A stretch of DNA of 64,000 nucleotides, taken from NCBI GenBank assembly GCA_050251945.1, contig JBFWLW010000002.1, positions 128,001-192,000 of the forward strand, in the 5' to 3' direction. Made by a program: the position numbers and the translations under genes. The notes under the pieces are model-generated. The model ran no database searches and was not told the DNA's origin. It saw nothing but the letters and a program-made list of their open reading frames with translations. Every line of letters starts with the position of its first letter. Position 1 is the first letter of the stretch. This stretch comes from Deferribacterales bacterium (GTDB lineage Bacteria; Chrysiogenota; Deferribacteres; Deferribacterales; Geovibrionaceae). Positions 9,582 to 19,519 of the stretch are shown piece after piece.

Positions 9582-10870
9582 GTCTTGCGCTGCTTCTTTC
9601 AGCGGCACAGGCACACGCGGCATCACTCACTTTTGTTCAGGCAAAGGATATGGCGCTTAAAAATTCTAACGTCATAAAGTCTTACAAGGCTGACGAAGAA
9701 GCGGCGGGCTATGTTAAAAATCAGGCTGCTGGAGAATATCTTCCCAATATCAGTCTGCACCAGACCTATATGAAATCGGACGAACCGGGTACTGCTGCAT
9801 TTGCAACAGCAAAGCAGGGACGGTTTGATATGGACTATTTCACAAACAACATGGCAAATCCCGACATAGTGACCACCTATACCACGCAGGTACAGGTTAT
9901 ACAGCCTATTTTTATGCAGGGACAGATATACTACGGCATAAAACAGGCGGACAAAGCCTATCAGGCGAGCCGTATGCAGACCGAACGCGCGACTCAGTTC
10001 ACACTTTACAACCTGCATATGGCATTTTACGGGCTTGCACTTGCCGAAAAAGCGCTGGACACCGCAAACCACTCGTATGAACGCACCGAAAGATACTACA
10101 GGACGGCGAAGGATTTCTTCAATAACGGTCTCATCGTTAAAAGCGACCTGATGGTATCTGAAAGCTATCTGCTTATGAACGAACAGGCGGTCAAAGAGGC
10201 TGAGAAACAGCATGCGGTTGCCATGAGCAACCTACAGAGGCTTCTTGACACCGACGAACCCATAAAGGTTATCTGGACAACACCGGAGCTTGAATTTTCC
10301 GAGGACGTTTCAAAATATACAAACACGGGACTGCAAAAAAGACAGGATCTCGCCGCAATGCAGAAATATCTGGATTCGGCGGAACTGGAGACAAAAAAGG
10401 CTAAATCAGCCCTTTTGCCCTCCGTCTATCTTTTCGCTGACTACCAGAGAAACGACGACAAATTCCTCGGCGACAACGGCGACGGAACAACCTACGGGAT
10501 TCAGGCAGACCTGAACCTTTTCAAAGGTTTCGGCGACTACAACAAAATCGGCGAAATGAAAAGCAGACAGATAGCCCTTATGCACCAGATTTCAGACAAA
10601 AAACTCGCGATCAAATCCGAGATAAAAAACTCTTATTACGGTGTAATAGCCGCTTCAAAACAGATCGAGGCTTCAAAAAAACGTGTCGAGGCGGCACAGT
10701 CCGCACTTGTCATAACGGAAAACAGATTTAACGAAGGACTCTCAAAGGTTACGGAACTGCTGGACAGGGAAGTCGACCTTAAACAGGCTGAGCTTTCGCT
10801 CTATATCTCCGAATATCAGGAGATAGTCGAGAAAGCGGGACTTCATCTGGCAGCCGGAGATTTACACTAA
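9551..10870 (+). CDS. TolC family outer membrane efflux protein
   Basis: Signal peptide (AHA), two OEP-like halves, operon with MFP and RND. Confidence 0.88.
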   Translation: MRFPVRGFTLSLALLLSAAQAHAASLTFVQAKDMALKNSNVIKSYKADEEAAGYVKNQAAGEYLPNISLHQTYMKSDEPGTAAFATAKQGRFDMDYFTNNMANPDIVTTYTTQVQVIQPIFMQGQIYYGIKQADKAYQASRMQTERATQFTLYNLHMAFYGLALAEKALDTANHSYERTERYYRTAKDFFNNGLIVKSDLMVSESYLLMNEQAVKEAEKQHAVAMSNLQRLLDTDEPIKVIWTTPELEFSEDVSKYTNTGLQKRQDLAAMQKYLDSAELETKKAKSALLPSVYLFADYQRNDDKFLGDNGDGTTYGIQADLNLFKGFGDYNKIGEMKSRQIALMHQISDKKLAIKSEIKNSYYGVIAASKQIEASKKRVEAAQSALVITENRFNEGLSKVTELLDREVDLKQAELSLYISEYQEIVEKAGLHLAAGDLH

Positions 10871-10880
10871 AAGTTTCATA

Positions 10881-10947
10881 AGACTGCTTCGTCCTTACTG
10901 TTCCCCCGGAGAAAATCTTTGCGGGGAACGAAGTGACGAAGCAGCCT
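10881..10947. repeat. REP-like palindromic doublet
   Basis: AGACTGCTTCGTC...TCTTTGCGGGGAACGAAGTGACGAAGCAGCCT. Confidence 0.75.
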
Positions 10948-10972
10948 TGTTATCATTTTTAAAACAAACAGC

Positions 10973-11010
10973 TTGAAAACTGCGCCATATATATTATAAT
11001 ATTTGAATAT
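10973..11010 (+). promoter_or_regulatory. Candidate internal promoter upstream of the MFP gene with an AT-rich imperfect palindrome
   Basis: TTGAAA (10973)-16 bp-TATAAT (10995); ATATTA-N8-GAATAT overlaps it. Confidence 0.45.
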
Positions 11011-11032
11011 AATAAAATTAAGAGGATATGAA

Positions 11033-12169
11033 ATGCTTCGTAAGTTCATTGCCACGGCAGTAATTCTTGCACTTCTGACGGCGTGCGGCGGAAACAGGAA
11101 AAAAGACGAAACCGCCAATGCACCGGAAACAGTTAAGGTTAAGCTCCATACCGTGACAGTTACGGATGCGGACGCAACCCGTGTGTTCACAGCTACAGTG
11201 TCCAGCGACAAGACTGCACTCATAATCCCAAAGGTTACAGGATACGTTGAACAGATACTCGTTGCCCCCGGACAGCAGGTTAAGGCAGGACAGCTTCTCG
11301 CCGTTATAAAAAGCGGAGAGCTTGAGCAGAAAATGGCGTTCGCCGCATCAGGCGAAATGGAAACAAAAAACGCATTCCGTCAGGCGGAGATAGGCTATAA
11401 AATGGCGAAATCCGAGTTTGAGCTTGCCCGGAAAACATACGACAGATATTCCAACCTGATTAAAAACAGCAGCGTAAGCAAACAGGAGTTCGATCAGGTC
11501 GAATCACAGTACAACGTGGCGAAAGAGAATCTCGATCTCGCCGCAGAAAAGGTTCAGCAGGCGAAAATTCGCTCCGGTCAGGCGGGCGCGATGAAAAGCG
11601 AAGTGGACACATATCTTTCATACACCCAGCTTAAAGCACCGTTCGACGGCATTGTCCTTGAAAAGGATATGGACGCAGGCAACCTTGCAAATCCCGGCAG
11701 TCCCGTTCTTAAGGTGGGCAATAACGTCCCCGTGGTGATAGCCTACATCAGCCAGAACATGATAGAAGAAGTTAAACTCGGCACAAAAGCCGTTGTATCA
11801 ATAGATTCCCTCGGCGACGAATTTGACAGCACCATACTTGAAATAAGCCCCGATATCGACCCCGCCACAGGCAACTTTAAAGTAAAACTTTCCGGATGCG
11901 AAAAGATGGCGCAGGGGATGTTTGCCAAGGTACGTTTCATAACAGGCAAGGAAAAGATCATCGCTGTCCCCGCATCGGCAATTGTCACGCGCGGTCAGCT
12001 CACTATGGTGTTCGTTGACGACAAGGGCAAAGCGGATATGCGTATAGTTAAAACAGGACGTGACTTCGGCGGATTCACAGAGATACTCTCCGGTCTGTCC
12101 GCCGGCGAAAATGTTGTCATTGAAAATGCCGCAATACTGAAATCAGGCGACATTCTAGAGGCTGAGTGA
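11033..12169 (+). CDS. RND efflux periplasmic adaptor (MFP) lipoprotein
   Basis: Lipobox LTAC, lipoyl halves (KVTGYV...LKAPFDG), coiled-coil hairpin. Confidence 0.92.
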   Translation: MLRKFIATAVILALLTACGGNRKKDETANAPETVKVKLHTVTVTDADATRVFTATVSSDKTALIIPKVTGYVEQILVAPGQQVKAGQLLAVIKSGELEQKMAFAASGEMETKNAFRQAEIGYKMAKSEFELARKTYDRYSNLIKNSSVSKQEFDQVESQYNVAKENLDLAAEKVQQAKIRSGQAGAMKSEVDTYLSYTQLKAPFDGIVLEKDMDAGNLANPGSPVLKVGNNVPVVIAYISQNMIEEVKLGTKAVVSIDSLGDEFDSTILEISPDIDPATGNFKVKLSGCEKMAQGMFAKVRFITGKEKIIAVPASAIVTRGQLTMVFVDDKGKADMRIVKTGRDFGGFTEILSGLSAGENVVIENAAILKSGDILEAE

Positions 12170-15100
12170 TGGAATACCCTGAAAAAAAGAACCTCGCGTC
12201 AAAAATAGCTTCGGCGTTCATAACATCAAAGATAACGCCTCTTCTTGTCATTGCCACGCTGTTCATCGGCATGGTGTCAATCATAATGACTCCCAAGGAA
12301 GAGGAACCCCAGATAGTGGTTCCCATGGTGGACATACTCGTTCCATATCCGGGCGCATCGGCGAAGGACGTTGAAAAATCAGTTACGGAGCCGCTGGAAG
12401 ACATCATCTGGGAAATACCCGGCGTGGAGTACGTCTACAGCACAAGCATGAACGATATGGGCATGGTGATCGTCCGCTTCAAGGTCGGACAGGATGAGGA
12501 AAAATCCATCACCAAGCTGAAAGACAAAATAGATTACAACATGGACAGGATGCCCCACGGCGTGGAGCCTCCGCTTATCAGAAAACAGTCCATCGACGAC
12601 GTTCCCCAGATGGCGTTCACCTTCTGGTCTGATAAATATGATTCTTACCAGCTGAGACGCATCGTTTCCGAGGTTGAAAAGAACCTTAAGGAAGTAGAGA
12701 ACGTTTCAAAAACTGAAATCATCGGCGGCTATAAGCGCATGGTGCGCATTGAGCCGAACATAGAGAAACTGAAAAGTTATAACCTCGACCTGTTCAGACT
12801 GTTCAAAGCTGTTGAAATGAGCAATATGTCGCTCAACACAGGCGAAATAACCAAGGACAATAAAGTTCTTTACGTCAGCGCAGGCGGATTTTACAAGGAT
12901 GCCGACGCCGTGCGGAACATGGTTGTGGGCGTTGCACAGGGCAAAGCCGTCTATATGAAGGACGTTGCCACCGTTACCGACGGTCCCGAAATCCCAGACC
13001 ACTTCCTTCTGATGGGTTTTAAAGCGTCGAAAGATATGGAACGCTATCCGGCGGTCACCCTTTCCATCTCTAAAAGACAGGGAAGCGACTCCGTTGTGGT
13101 TTCTGATGCGGTTCTTCACAAACTCGACGCCATGAAGGGATATATCATCCCGTCCGATGTGAACGTTGAGGTCACAAGAAACTACGGTGAAACCGCTTTC
13201 GTTAAAGTCATGACACTTATCGAACACCTTGTTGGTGCCATTATAGCCGTTATCCTTGTTATGAGCATAACGATGGGCTGGCGTGCGGGTGCCGTTGTCT
13301 TCGTGGCACTTCCGGTGACTTTCGCACTCACTTTTTTCGTATATTTCATGTTCGACTACACGCTGAACAGGGTCACTCTGTTCGCACTGATATTCGTTGC
13401 AGGGCTTGTGGTGGACGACGCCATTATTGTTGTTGAAAACATGGAACGCCACTTCCGTCTGGGCGCAAAGAACCTTCTGCAAAAAGCGATATACGCCGTC
13501 GGCGAAGTCGGTAATCCCACAATACTGGCAACACTGACCGTCATCGTCGCTATCTTCCCGATGGCATTCGTCCGGGGGCTTATGGGTCCCTATATGAAGC
13601 CCATGCCCATAGGCGCGTCGCTGGCGATGATTTTCTCGCTGTTCGTTGCGCTTATCATAACCCCTTGGCTGGCTTATAAACTTCTGGCGGGACACGCCGC
13701 TAAAAGTAACGAAGCACCCATTGAGGACGAAGCGGCATACGTTAAAACCACGAAACTTTACAGGATATACAATAAAACCTTTTCCGCCCTTATAGACAGC
13801 ACGCGCAACCGCATCATTCTGGCGGTCATGCTGCTCTCCCTGTTCTTCGGCGCATTCATCTTCATCCCCACTAATCTCGTGGTAATGAAGATGCTCCCGT
13901 TCGACAACAAGAATGAAGTGCAGATAGTCATCGATATGCCGGAGGGAACGCCTCTGGAGAGGACAAACATTGTTGCGTCAGACGTTGGAAAATATCTCGC
14001 GACAGTGGACGAGGTCAAAGACTATCAGATATATACGGGCATAGCATCCCCTTACAACTTCAACGGGCTGGTTCGCCATTATTTCATGAGGCGCGGACAA
14101 AACGTAGCTGACATTCAGGTCAACTTCGTTGATAAGAGCGAGCGAAAACTGGACAGTCACGAGATGGCGAAAAAACTTCGCGGTCCCGTTCAGGAAATTG
14201 GCGCAAAATATGATGCAAATATCAAGATAGCTGAGGTTCCGCCCGGCCCCCCCGTTCTTTCGACGCTGGTTGCTGAAATCTACGGACCTGATGAAAAGAC
14301 CCGTGCAGATATATCAAGACAGGTGCTTGACGTTTTCAAAAGTACAAAAGGCGTAGTGGATATAGATACTTACGAAGAAGATGACATGATGCAGTACGAT
14401 CTTCAGGTTGACAAACAGAGGGCTGCTGTGATGGGTATCTCTTCGGAAATGGTCTCAAAGACCCTTTATATGGCTCTGCAGGGCGCAAAAGTGGGCATAC
14501 TCCACACCGAAGAGGACAGAGAACCTGTCGATATAGTTGTCAAACTGCCGGAAGACAGGCGGAACGTGATAGAGACCCTTCAGGAGATAAACATAATCTC
14601 CATGAGCGGTCAGCCCGTTAGCCTCGGCGAGCTTGTGACCGTGAGGCAGAAGCTTAAAGACAAAGCTATTTACCACAAGAATATGAAGCCCGTGACATAC
14701 GTCGTCGCGGACGTTGCCGGCGAGGTTGAAAGCCCCGTTTACGCGATTCTTGCGATGAAAGAAAAAATGTCGCAGATAAAATGGAACGGTCTGGACGTTA
14801 AACAATACTGGACAGGACAGCCGGATGCATACGACCTGCCCTCAGTCAAGTGGGACGGCGAATGGCAGATAACCTATGAAGTATTCCGCGACCTCGGACT
14901 CGCCTTCGCGGCGGTTCTTGTGCTGATGTACTTCGTTCTGGTGGGCTGGTTCCGCTCGTTCGTGACACCGCTGATCATGATGGTGCCTATCCCTCTTTCG
15001 CTTCTCGGCATCATCCCCGGACACTTCATATTCGGGCAGTTCTTCACCGCCACCAGTATGATAGGCTTCATAGCCCTTGCGGGGATAATGGTTCGTAACG

Positions 15101-15384
15101 CCGTGCTGCTGATAGATTTCATCGAACATGCGCTGGCAAACGGCAGAACACTGCGCGAGGCGGTAATAGAATCAGGTGCTATCAGAACGCGTCCCGTTGT
15201 TCTCACAACCGTTGCGGTCATAACAGGCGCACTGTTCATGCTTCCCGACCCGATATTTGCGGGGCTTGGCGTGTCGCTCATAACAGGTGCAGTGGTGTCC
15301 ACAGTGCTGACACTGCTCATAATCCCTCTTATGTATTTCTTCCATAAGAGGTTTTGGGATAAAGAACATAAAGAATCAAACTAA
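12166..15384 (+). CDS. RND efflux permease (AcrB/AcrD/AcrF family)
   Basis: 1072 aa; GLVVDDAIIVVEN, GIMVRNAVLLIDF, RTRPVVLT. Confidence 0.95.
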   Translation: MMEYPEKKNLASKIASAFITSKITPLLVIATLFIGMVSIIMTPKEEEPQIVVPMVDILVPYPGASAKDVEKSVTEPLEDIIWEIPGVEYVYSTSMNDMGMVIVRFKVGQDEEKSITKLKDKIDYNMDRMPHGVEPPLIRKQSIDDVPQMAFTFWSDKYDSYQLRRIVSEVEKNLKEVENVSKTEIIGGYKRMVRIEPNIEKLKSYNLDLFRLFKAVEMSNMSLNTGEITKDNKVLYVSAGGFYKDADAVRNMVVGVAQGKAVYMKDVATVTDGPEIPDHFLLMGFKASKDMERYPAVTLSISKRQGSDSVVVSDAVLHKLDAMKGYIIPSDVNVEVTRNYGETAFVKVMTLIEHLVGAIIAVILVMSITMGWRAGAVVFVALPVTFALTFFVYFMFDYTLNRVTLFALIFVAGLVVDDAIIVVENMERHFRLGAKNLLQKAIYAVGEVGNPTILATLTVIVAIFPMAFVRGLMGPYMKPMPIGASLAMIFSLFVALIITPWLAYKLLAGHAAKSNEAPIEDEAAYVKTTKLYRIYNKTFSALIDSTRNRIILAVMLLSLFFGAFIFIPTNLVVMKMLPFDNKNEVQIVIDMPEGTPLERTNIVASDVGKYLATVDEVKDYQIYTGIASPYNFNGLVRHYFMRRGQNVADIQVNFVDKSERKLDSHEMAKKLRGPVQEIGAKYDANIKIAEVPPGPPVLSTLVAEIYGPDEKTRADISRQVLDVFKSTKGVVDIDTYEEDDMMQYDLQVDKQRAAVMGISSEMVSKTLYMALQGAKVGILHTEEDREPVDIVVKLPEDRRNVIETLQEINIISMSGQPVSLGELVTVRQKLKDKAIYHKNMKPVTYVVADVAGEVESPVYAILAMKEKMSQIKWNGLDVKQYWTGQPDAYDLPSVKWDGEWQITYEVFRDLGLAFAAVLVLMYFVLVGWFRSFVTPLIMMVPIPLSLLGIIPGHFIFGQFFTATSMIGFIALAGIMVRNAVLLIDFIEHALANGRTLREAVIESGAIRTRPVVLTTVAVITGALFMLPDPIFAGLGVSLITGAVVSTVLTLLIIPLMYFFHKRFWDKEHKESN

Positions 15385-15385
15385 T

Positions 15386-15453
15386 GAGACTGCTTCGTCG
15401 TGCTACTCCTCGCAGAGACGTCTTCGCGAGGAGCGTAAGCGACGCGGCGATCT
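15386..15453. repeat. REP-like palindromic doublet
   Basis: GAGACTGCTTCGTCG..CTCCTCGCAGAGACG|TCTTCGCGAGGAG..CGACGCGGCGATCT. Confidence 0.82.
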
Positions 15454-15470
15454 GACTTCGGAGGAACATA

Positions 15471-15665
15471 ATGTCCATTAAAGATATTTTAAGACTTGTA
15501 CCAGGAATATTCATACTGCTCAGCGTTGGGCTGACCGTTGCAACAGACAGCAAATGGTGGCTTCTGCTGGCGGCATTTGTTGGGCTTAACCTGCTCCAGT
15601 CCGCTTTTACTAAGTGGTGCCTTCTGGAAAACATACTGCGCAAAATGGGTATCCGCGAGGTCTGA
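15471..15665 (+). CDS. DUF2892/YgaP-like small membrane protein
   Basis: WWLLLAAFVGLNLLQSAFTKWC signature; GGAGG RBS. Confidence 0.88.
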   Translation: MSIKDILRLVPGIFILLSVGLTVATDSKWWLLLAAFVGLNLLQSAFTKWCLLENILRKMGIREV

Positions 15666-15695
15666 CAAAACAGCCCGACAGTTTCTCTGTCGGCT

Positions 15696-15871
15696 CTGGT
15701 TGTTGACAAACTCAGATTTGATTAAATCAATGAGACTGCTTTAGCTCACGGCAAGCCGCTCGTTCAGCCTGCGGCTAGTGTCGCAAGCTCCTCGCAGAGA
15801 CAGCTTTTTCTTTTCGTCTTTGCGAGCAAAGCGAAGCAATCTCGTATTTATAAGCCTTTGTCATCTGTCTA
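15696..15871. mobile_element. MITE copy 2 (opposite orientation), flanked by a 24/25-bp direct repeat of a hairpin
   Basis: AGCCCGACAGTTTCTCTGTC(A)GGCT at 15672-15695 and 15872-15896; ends CTGGTTGTTGACAAA / TTTGTCATCTGTCTA. Confidence 0.88.
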
Positions 15872-15923
15872 AGCCCGACAGTTTCTCTGTCAGGCTTGCT
15901 TTTTTTGTGCTATATAATGCTTC

Positions 15924-16955
15924 ATGAGCATCATCAAACTTGAGATAAACTACAAAAACCTTCTGATAGCTGCCGTAGGCGTCGGTGTGATAGTTCTTAT
16001 TTTCAAACTTCAGACCATCATAACCGTTTTCGCAATATCCTTCTTCATTGCGTACATGTTCGACCCTCTTGTGGACATTTTCGAGGCGAGAAAGATACCG
16101 AGATATCTCACCATTCTGGTCATGATGGCACTGGCGGCGGCGCTCATTGCTCTCTTTATGGCATGGCTGATTCCGGTTGCCGCATCGGAGATTCAATATC
16201 TTGCAAACAACTCGCAGAATTATATAAACGCGGCGTTCGGATTCATACAGCATTCCGCCGCAACTCTCAACATCCAGCTCGACGTTGAGGCAGTTAAAGA
16301 ACATCTGGCCTCCCGCAGTACGGACTATATACGCGAAATTTTCTCAAGCATGTCTTCCATAATGTCATCATTCACCAAGGTCACTGGCGTAATACTGAAC
16401 ATAGCTCTGATACCTATCCTCGTTTTCTATTTTTTAAAAGATTTTGACAAGATTCTGGCTCGTGCGCTGGAATTTCTGAGTTATAAATTCAAAATGGATT
16501 TCAAAGGCTACTATACAGAATTCGACGGCATCCTCTCCAAATATTTCAGGGGACAGATAATCGTTGCAATGATACTCGGCGTGCTTTATACGGCGGTTCT
16601 CCTGATATCCGGCGTTAAACCCGCGGTCATTGTCGGAGCCGTTTCCGGCATACTCAGTGTTGTCCCGTATCTTGGCTTTATAGTGGGTTTCGCCACCTCC
16701 GTTATTCTCGCCGCTCTTCAATACAGCGACATGCTCCACCCGCTGATGGTTATCATCGGTTTTTCAATCGTACAATTTCTTGAAGGCAACTTCATAACAC
16801 CCCGCATCATAGGAGGCTCGCTGGGTCTGCATCCCACTGCCGTTATCTTTGCGCTTATGGCAGGCGGCGCGTTATTCGGAATAGGCGGAATGATCATCGC
16901 CCTTCCTGTGGCGGCTTTCATTCGCGTTCTTATAAGCGAGCGTTCCGCAGACTAA
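15924..16955 (+). CDS. AI-2E (PerM) family transporter
   Basis: Multi-TM; FIAYMFDPLV, YFRGQI, QFLEGNFITPRIIG.SLGLHP. Confidence 0.92.
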   Translation: MSIIKLEINYKNLLIAAVGVGVIVLIFKLQTIITVFAISFFIAYMFDPLVDIFEARKIPRYLTILVMMALAAALIALFMAWLIPVAASEIQYLANNSQNYINAAFGFIQHSAATLNIQLDVEAVKEHLASRSTDYIREIFSSMSSIMSSFTKVTGVILNIALIPILVFYFLKDFDKILARALEFLSYKFKMDFKGYYTEFDGILSKYFRGQIIVAMILGVLYTAVLLISGVKPAVIVGAVSGILSVVPYLGFIVGFATSVILAALQYSDMLHPLMVIIGFSIVQFLEGNFITPRIIGGSLGLHPTAVIFALMAGGALFGIGGMIIALPVAAFIRVLISERSAD

Positions 16956-16992
16956 AACATCTGACTTAATTTTGACTTTTTCTCTTGCAAAT

Positions 16993-17018
16993 GCGTTATG
17001 TTCCGTGTTACATAACGC
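16993..17018. promoter_or_regulatory. ModE-type operator
   Basis: Perfect inverted repeat GCGTTATGT-N8-ACATAACGC resembling the CGTTATATA..TATATAACG ModE box, immediately upstream of modE-modABC. Confidence 0.75.
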
Positions 17019-17020
17019 CT

Positions 17021-17713
17021 ATGAAAATAGACGGTAAACTTTGGATAGATATCAACGGAAACGGGATCGCAGGACACGGCAGAATCAAACTGCTGGAACT
17101 GGTGCAGGCGACTGGTTCCATCAAAAAAGCGGCGGAAAGCATCAGAATGAGCTACAAGGCCGCATGGGACAGCATAAACCTGCTTAACGAGATGTACGGT
17201 ACGCCGCTTGTGGAGAGGCAGACCGGAGGCAAAGGGGGCGGAGGAACAACCCTTACCAAATCCGGACTGGAACTTATAAAAACCTACAACCACCTCAGCC
17301 GGCTGCACATGATGTATCTCGGAACACTCACGGAATCAAACAAGCTTGGCGGCGTTATCAAATCAATCGCCGACACCTATGCCCTTGTTGAAACCGACAA
17401 CGGCGACACCATCGCCGGAACAATGCTCGATCCGGATCTTAAACCGGGCGAAACAGTATCCATTTTCATTAACCCCAAGGACATCATTCTGGTGGACAGC
17501 GACAAGCTGAAAACCAGTGCCAGAAACATTCTTAAAACCGAAACCGAAAAGATTTTACCGGAAAAAGACATGACGGAAGTCATTTTGAAGACGGCATCCG
17601 GTACTGTACTGAAACTCAGTATAACTACGGCAAGCTCCGAAAAACTCGGGATCAAGCCCGGGATGGAGATTTTTGCACTTTTCAAAACTGCTTCCGCTTT
17701 AATAATGAGGTGA
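17021..17713 (+). CDS. modE: Molybdenum-responsive regulator ModE (wHTH + TOBE)
   Basis: TGSIKKAA..MSYKAAW, RQTGGKGGGGT, TSARNIL. Confidence 0.9.
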   Translation: MKIDGKLWIDINGNGIAGHGRIKLLELVQATGSIKKAAESIRMSYKAAWDSINLLNEMYGTPLVERQTGGKGGGGTTLTKSGLELIKTYNHLSRLHMMYLGTLTESNKLGGVIKSIADTYALVETDNGDTIAGTMLDPDLKPGETVSIFINPKDIILVDSDKLKTSARNILKTETEKILPEKDMTEVILKTASGTVLKLSITTASSEKLGIKPGMEIFALFKTASALIMR

Positions 17714-17717
17714 AAAT

Positions 17718-18449
17718 ATGAAAAAGCTCCTGATTCTTGTTCTTGCGCTGGCGCTTTCAGCAACCGCCTTCGCCAAAGAACTCAACATCTCCGCTGCGGC
17801 CAACCTTCAGTTCGCGCTGGAAGAAGTCGGCAAAGCATACACAGCTGAAACCGGTACTCAGGTTAAAGCCGTTTACGGTGCATCAGGCAAACTTGTCGCA
17901 CAGATACTCAACGGTGCAAAATTCGACATCTTCCTCGCCGCCGACATGGGCTTCGCTCAGAAAGCATACGAAGCGGGTCTTACAACAGACAAACCCGTTA
18001 TGTACGCAGAGGGTCTTCTTGTTCTCTGGTCTAAAAAGTACGATATCAAAACCATCGCTGACCTTAAAGACGCTAAATATCAGAAGATCGCCATTGCAAA
18101 CCCCAACACTGCACCCTACGGCAGAGCCGCTGTTGAAGCTATGAAAAAATCCGGCGTTTATGATGCTGTCACAGGTAAAATAGTTCAGGGCGAAAGCATC
18201 TCCACTATGGACACTTACATCCAGACAGGCGCGGCAGAAGCTGCTTTTGCTGCTAAATCACACCTTGCAAGCGGCAAAGTGAAAGATGCAGGCGCATGGT
18301 TTGACGTTGACAGAAAACTCTACTCACCCATCGAACAGGGCGGTGTAATACTTAAAGCAGGCGACGTTGCCGAATCTCAGAAATTCATGGATTTCCTGAT
18401 AAAAGGCAAAGGCGCTGATATTATGAAAAAATACGGCTACGCAAAATGA
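17718..18449 (+). CDS. modA: Molybdate ABC transporter substrate-binding protein
   Basis: SAAANL, GASGKL, IANPNTAPYGRAA. Confidence 0.95.
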   Translation: MKKLLILVLALALSATAFAKELNISAAANLQFALEEVGKAYTAETGTQVKAVYGASGKLVAQILNGAKFDIFLAADMGFAQKAYEAGLTTDKPVMYAEGLLVLWSKKYDIKTIADLKDAKYQKIAIANPNTAPYGRAAVEAMKKSGVYDAVTGKIVQGESISTMDTYIQTGAAEAAFAAKSHLASGKVKDAGAWFDVDRKLYSPIEQGGVILKAGDVAESQKFMDFLIKGKGADIMKKYGYAK

Positions 18450-18847
18450 ACCAGCTAGAGGCAAAGGTTCTTTATTACCGTACCTCCGGTCAGATAATTC
18501 TCTGCGAACTCGAATCTTTCGGGGCGCAGGTCACGGCGGTCATTCTCGACAGCCCCGGCGAACTTGAATATCTGAAAGAGGGAAACACGCTGAACATACT
18601 GTTCAAAGAGACAGAGGTCATCATCGCCACGGGTGAGATAGGGCAGCTTAGTCTTAACAACAGGTTCCGCGCAAAAATAACGGCGATGGAGAAAGGTGAG
18701 ATATTCACCAGCCTTGCCCTTGACTTCGGCACGGGGATGACATCGGTGATAACCACCAAATCCGTTGAGAGGCTCCGGCTTGCCATCGGAACGGAAGTCA
18801 CTGCCCTTGTGAAAGCTAACGAGATTGCAATAGGCAGGAGAGACTAG
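18446..18847 (+). CDS. Di-TOBE molybdenum-binding protein
   Basis: MNQL..FKETEV and SLNNRF..SVITTKS..VKANE repeats. Confidence 0.82.
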   Translation: MNQLEAKVLYYRTSGQIILCELESFGAQVTAVILDSPGELEYLKEGNTLNILFKETEVIIATGEIGQLSLNNRFRAKITAMEKGEIFTSLALDFGTGMTSVITTKSVERLRLAIGTEVTALVKANEIAIGRRD

Positions 18848-19519
18848 ATGCGCGAGCTTCTTTCTCCGCTTATACTTACATTTGAACTGGCGGCTGTGAC
18901 AACCTTTCTTCTGGCTGTCACAGCCATCCCTTTTGCATACTGGCTCGCGTCTGCAAATTTCAGAGGAAAATCCATTGTCGAATCCATAACGGGGCTTCCC
19001 ATTGTTCTGCCCCCTTCGGTTCTCGGTTTTTACCTTCTCGTTTTCATGGGTCCCCACGGACCTTTGGGAAGTATTCTGGCACAGTTTAATATCAGGCTGG
19101 TTTTCACGTTTGAAGGGCTTGTTTTTGCCTCGGTAATATACAGCCTGCCCTTTATGGTGCAGCCTGTTCAGGCTGGGTTTGAATCTTTGCCCGTTTCTCT
19201 TAAAGAAGCGTCGTATACTCTTGGAAAATCAAAGTTCCAGACCTTTTTCCGTGTTGTTCTGCCCAATATCAAACCATCGCTGATAACAGGCATCGTTCTG
19301 AGTTTCGCACATACAGTGGGCGAATTCGGCGTTGTCCTCATGATAGGCGGCAGTATACCGGATCAGACAAGAGTTGCTTCAATAGCCATTTATGATCAGG
19401 TGGAGGCAATGAACTACAGCACGGCACACTTCTATTCGGCGGTGCTTTTCGTGCTTGCATTCACTATCCTTGTCACAGTTAATATGATCAACCGAAAGAT
19501 AAACGGAAAAACAATATGA
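18848..19519 (+). CDS. modB: Molybdate ABC transporter permease
   Basis: LPIVLPPSVLGFYLL, FAHTVGEFG. Confidence 0.95.
   Translation: MRELLSPLILTFELAAVTTFLLAVTAIPFAYWLASANFRGKSIVESITGLPIVLPPSVLGFYLLVFMGPHGPLGSILAQFNIRLVFTFEGLVFASVIYSLPFMVQPVQAGFESLPVSLKEASYTLGKSKFQTFFRVVLPNIKPSLITGIVLSFAHTVGEFGVVLMIGGSIPDQTRVASIAIYDQVEAMNYSTAHFYSAVLFVLAFTILVTVNMINRKINGKTI

Noticed and set aside
12706..13695. 329-aa minus-strand ORF, and similar long antisense ORFs (26580-27377, 36882-38364, 41002-41883, 46799-47641)
   Set aside because: They overlap well-supported genes on the opposite strand and have no recognisable domains.
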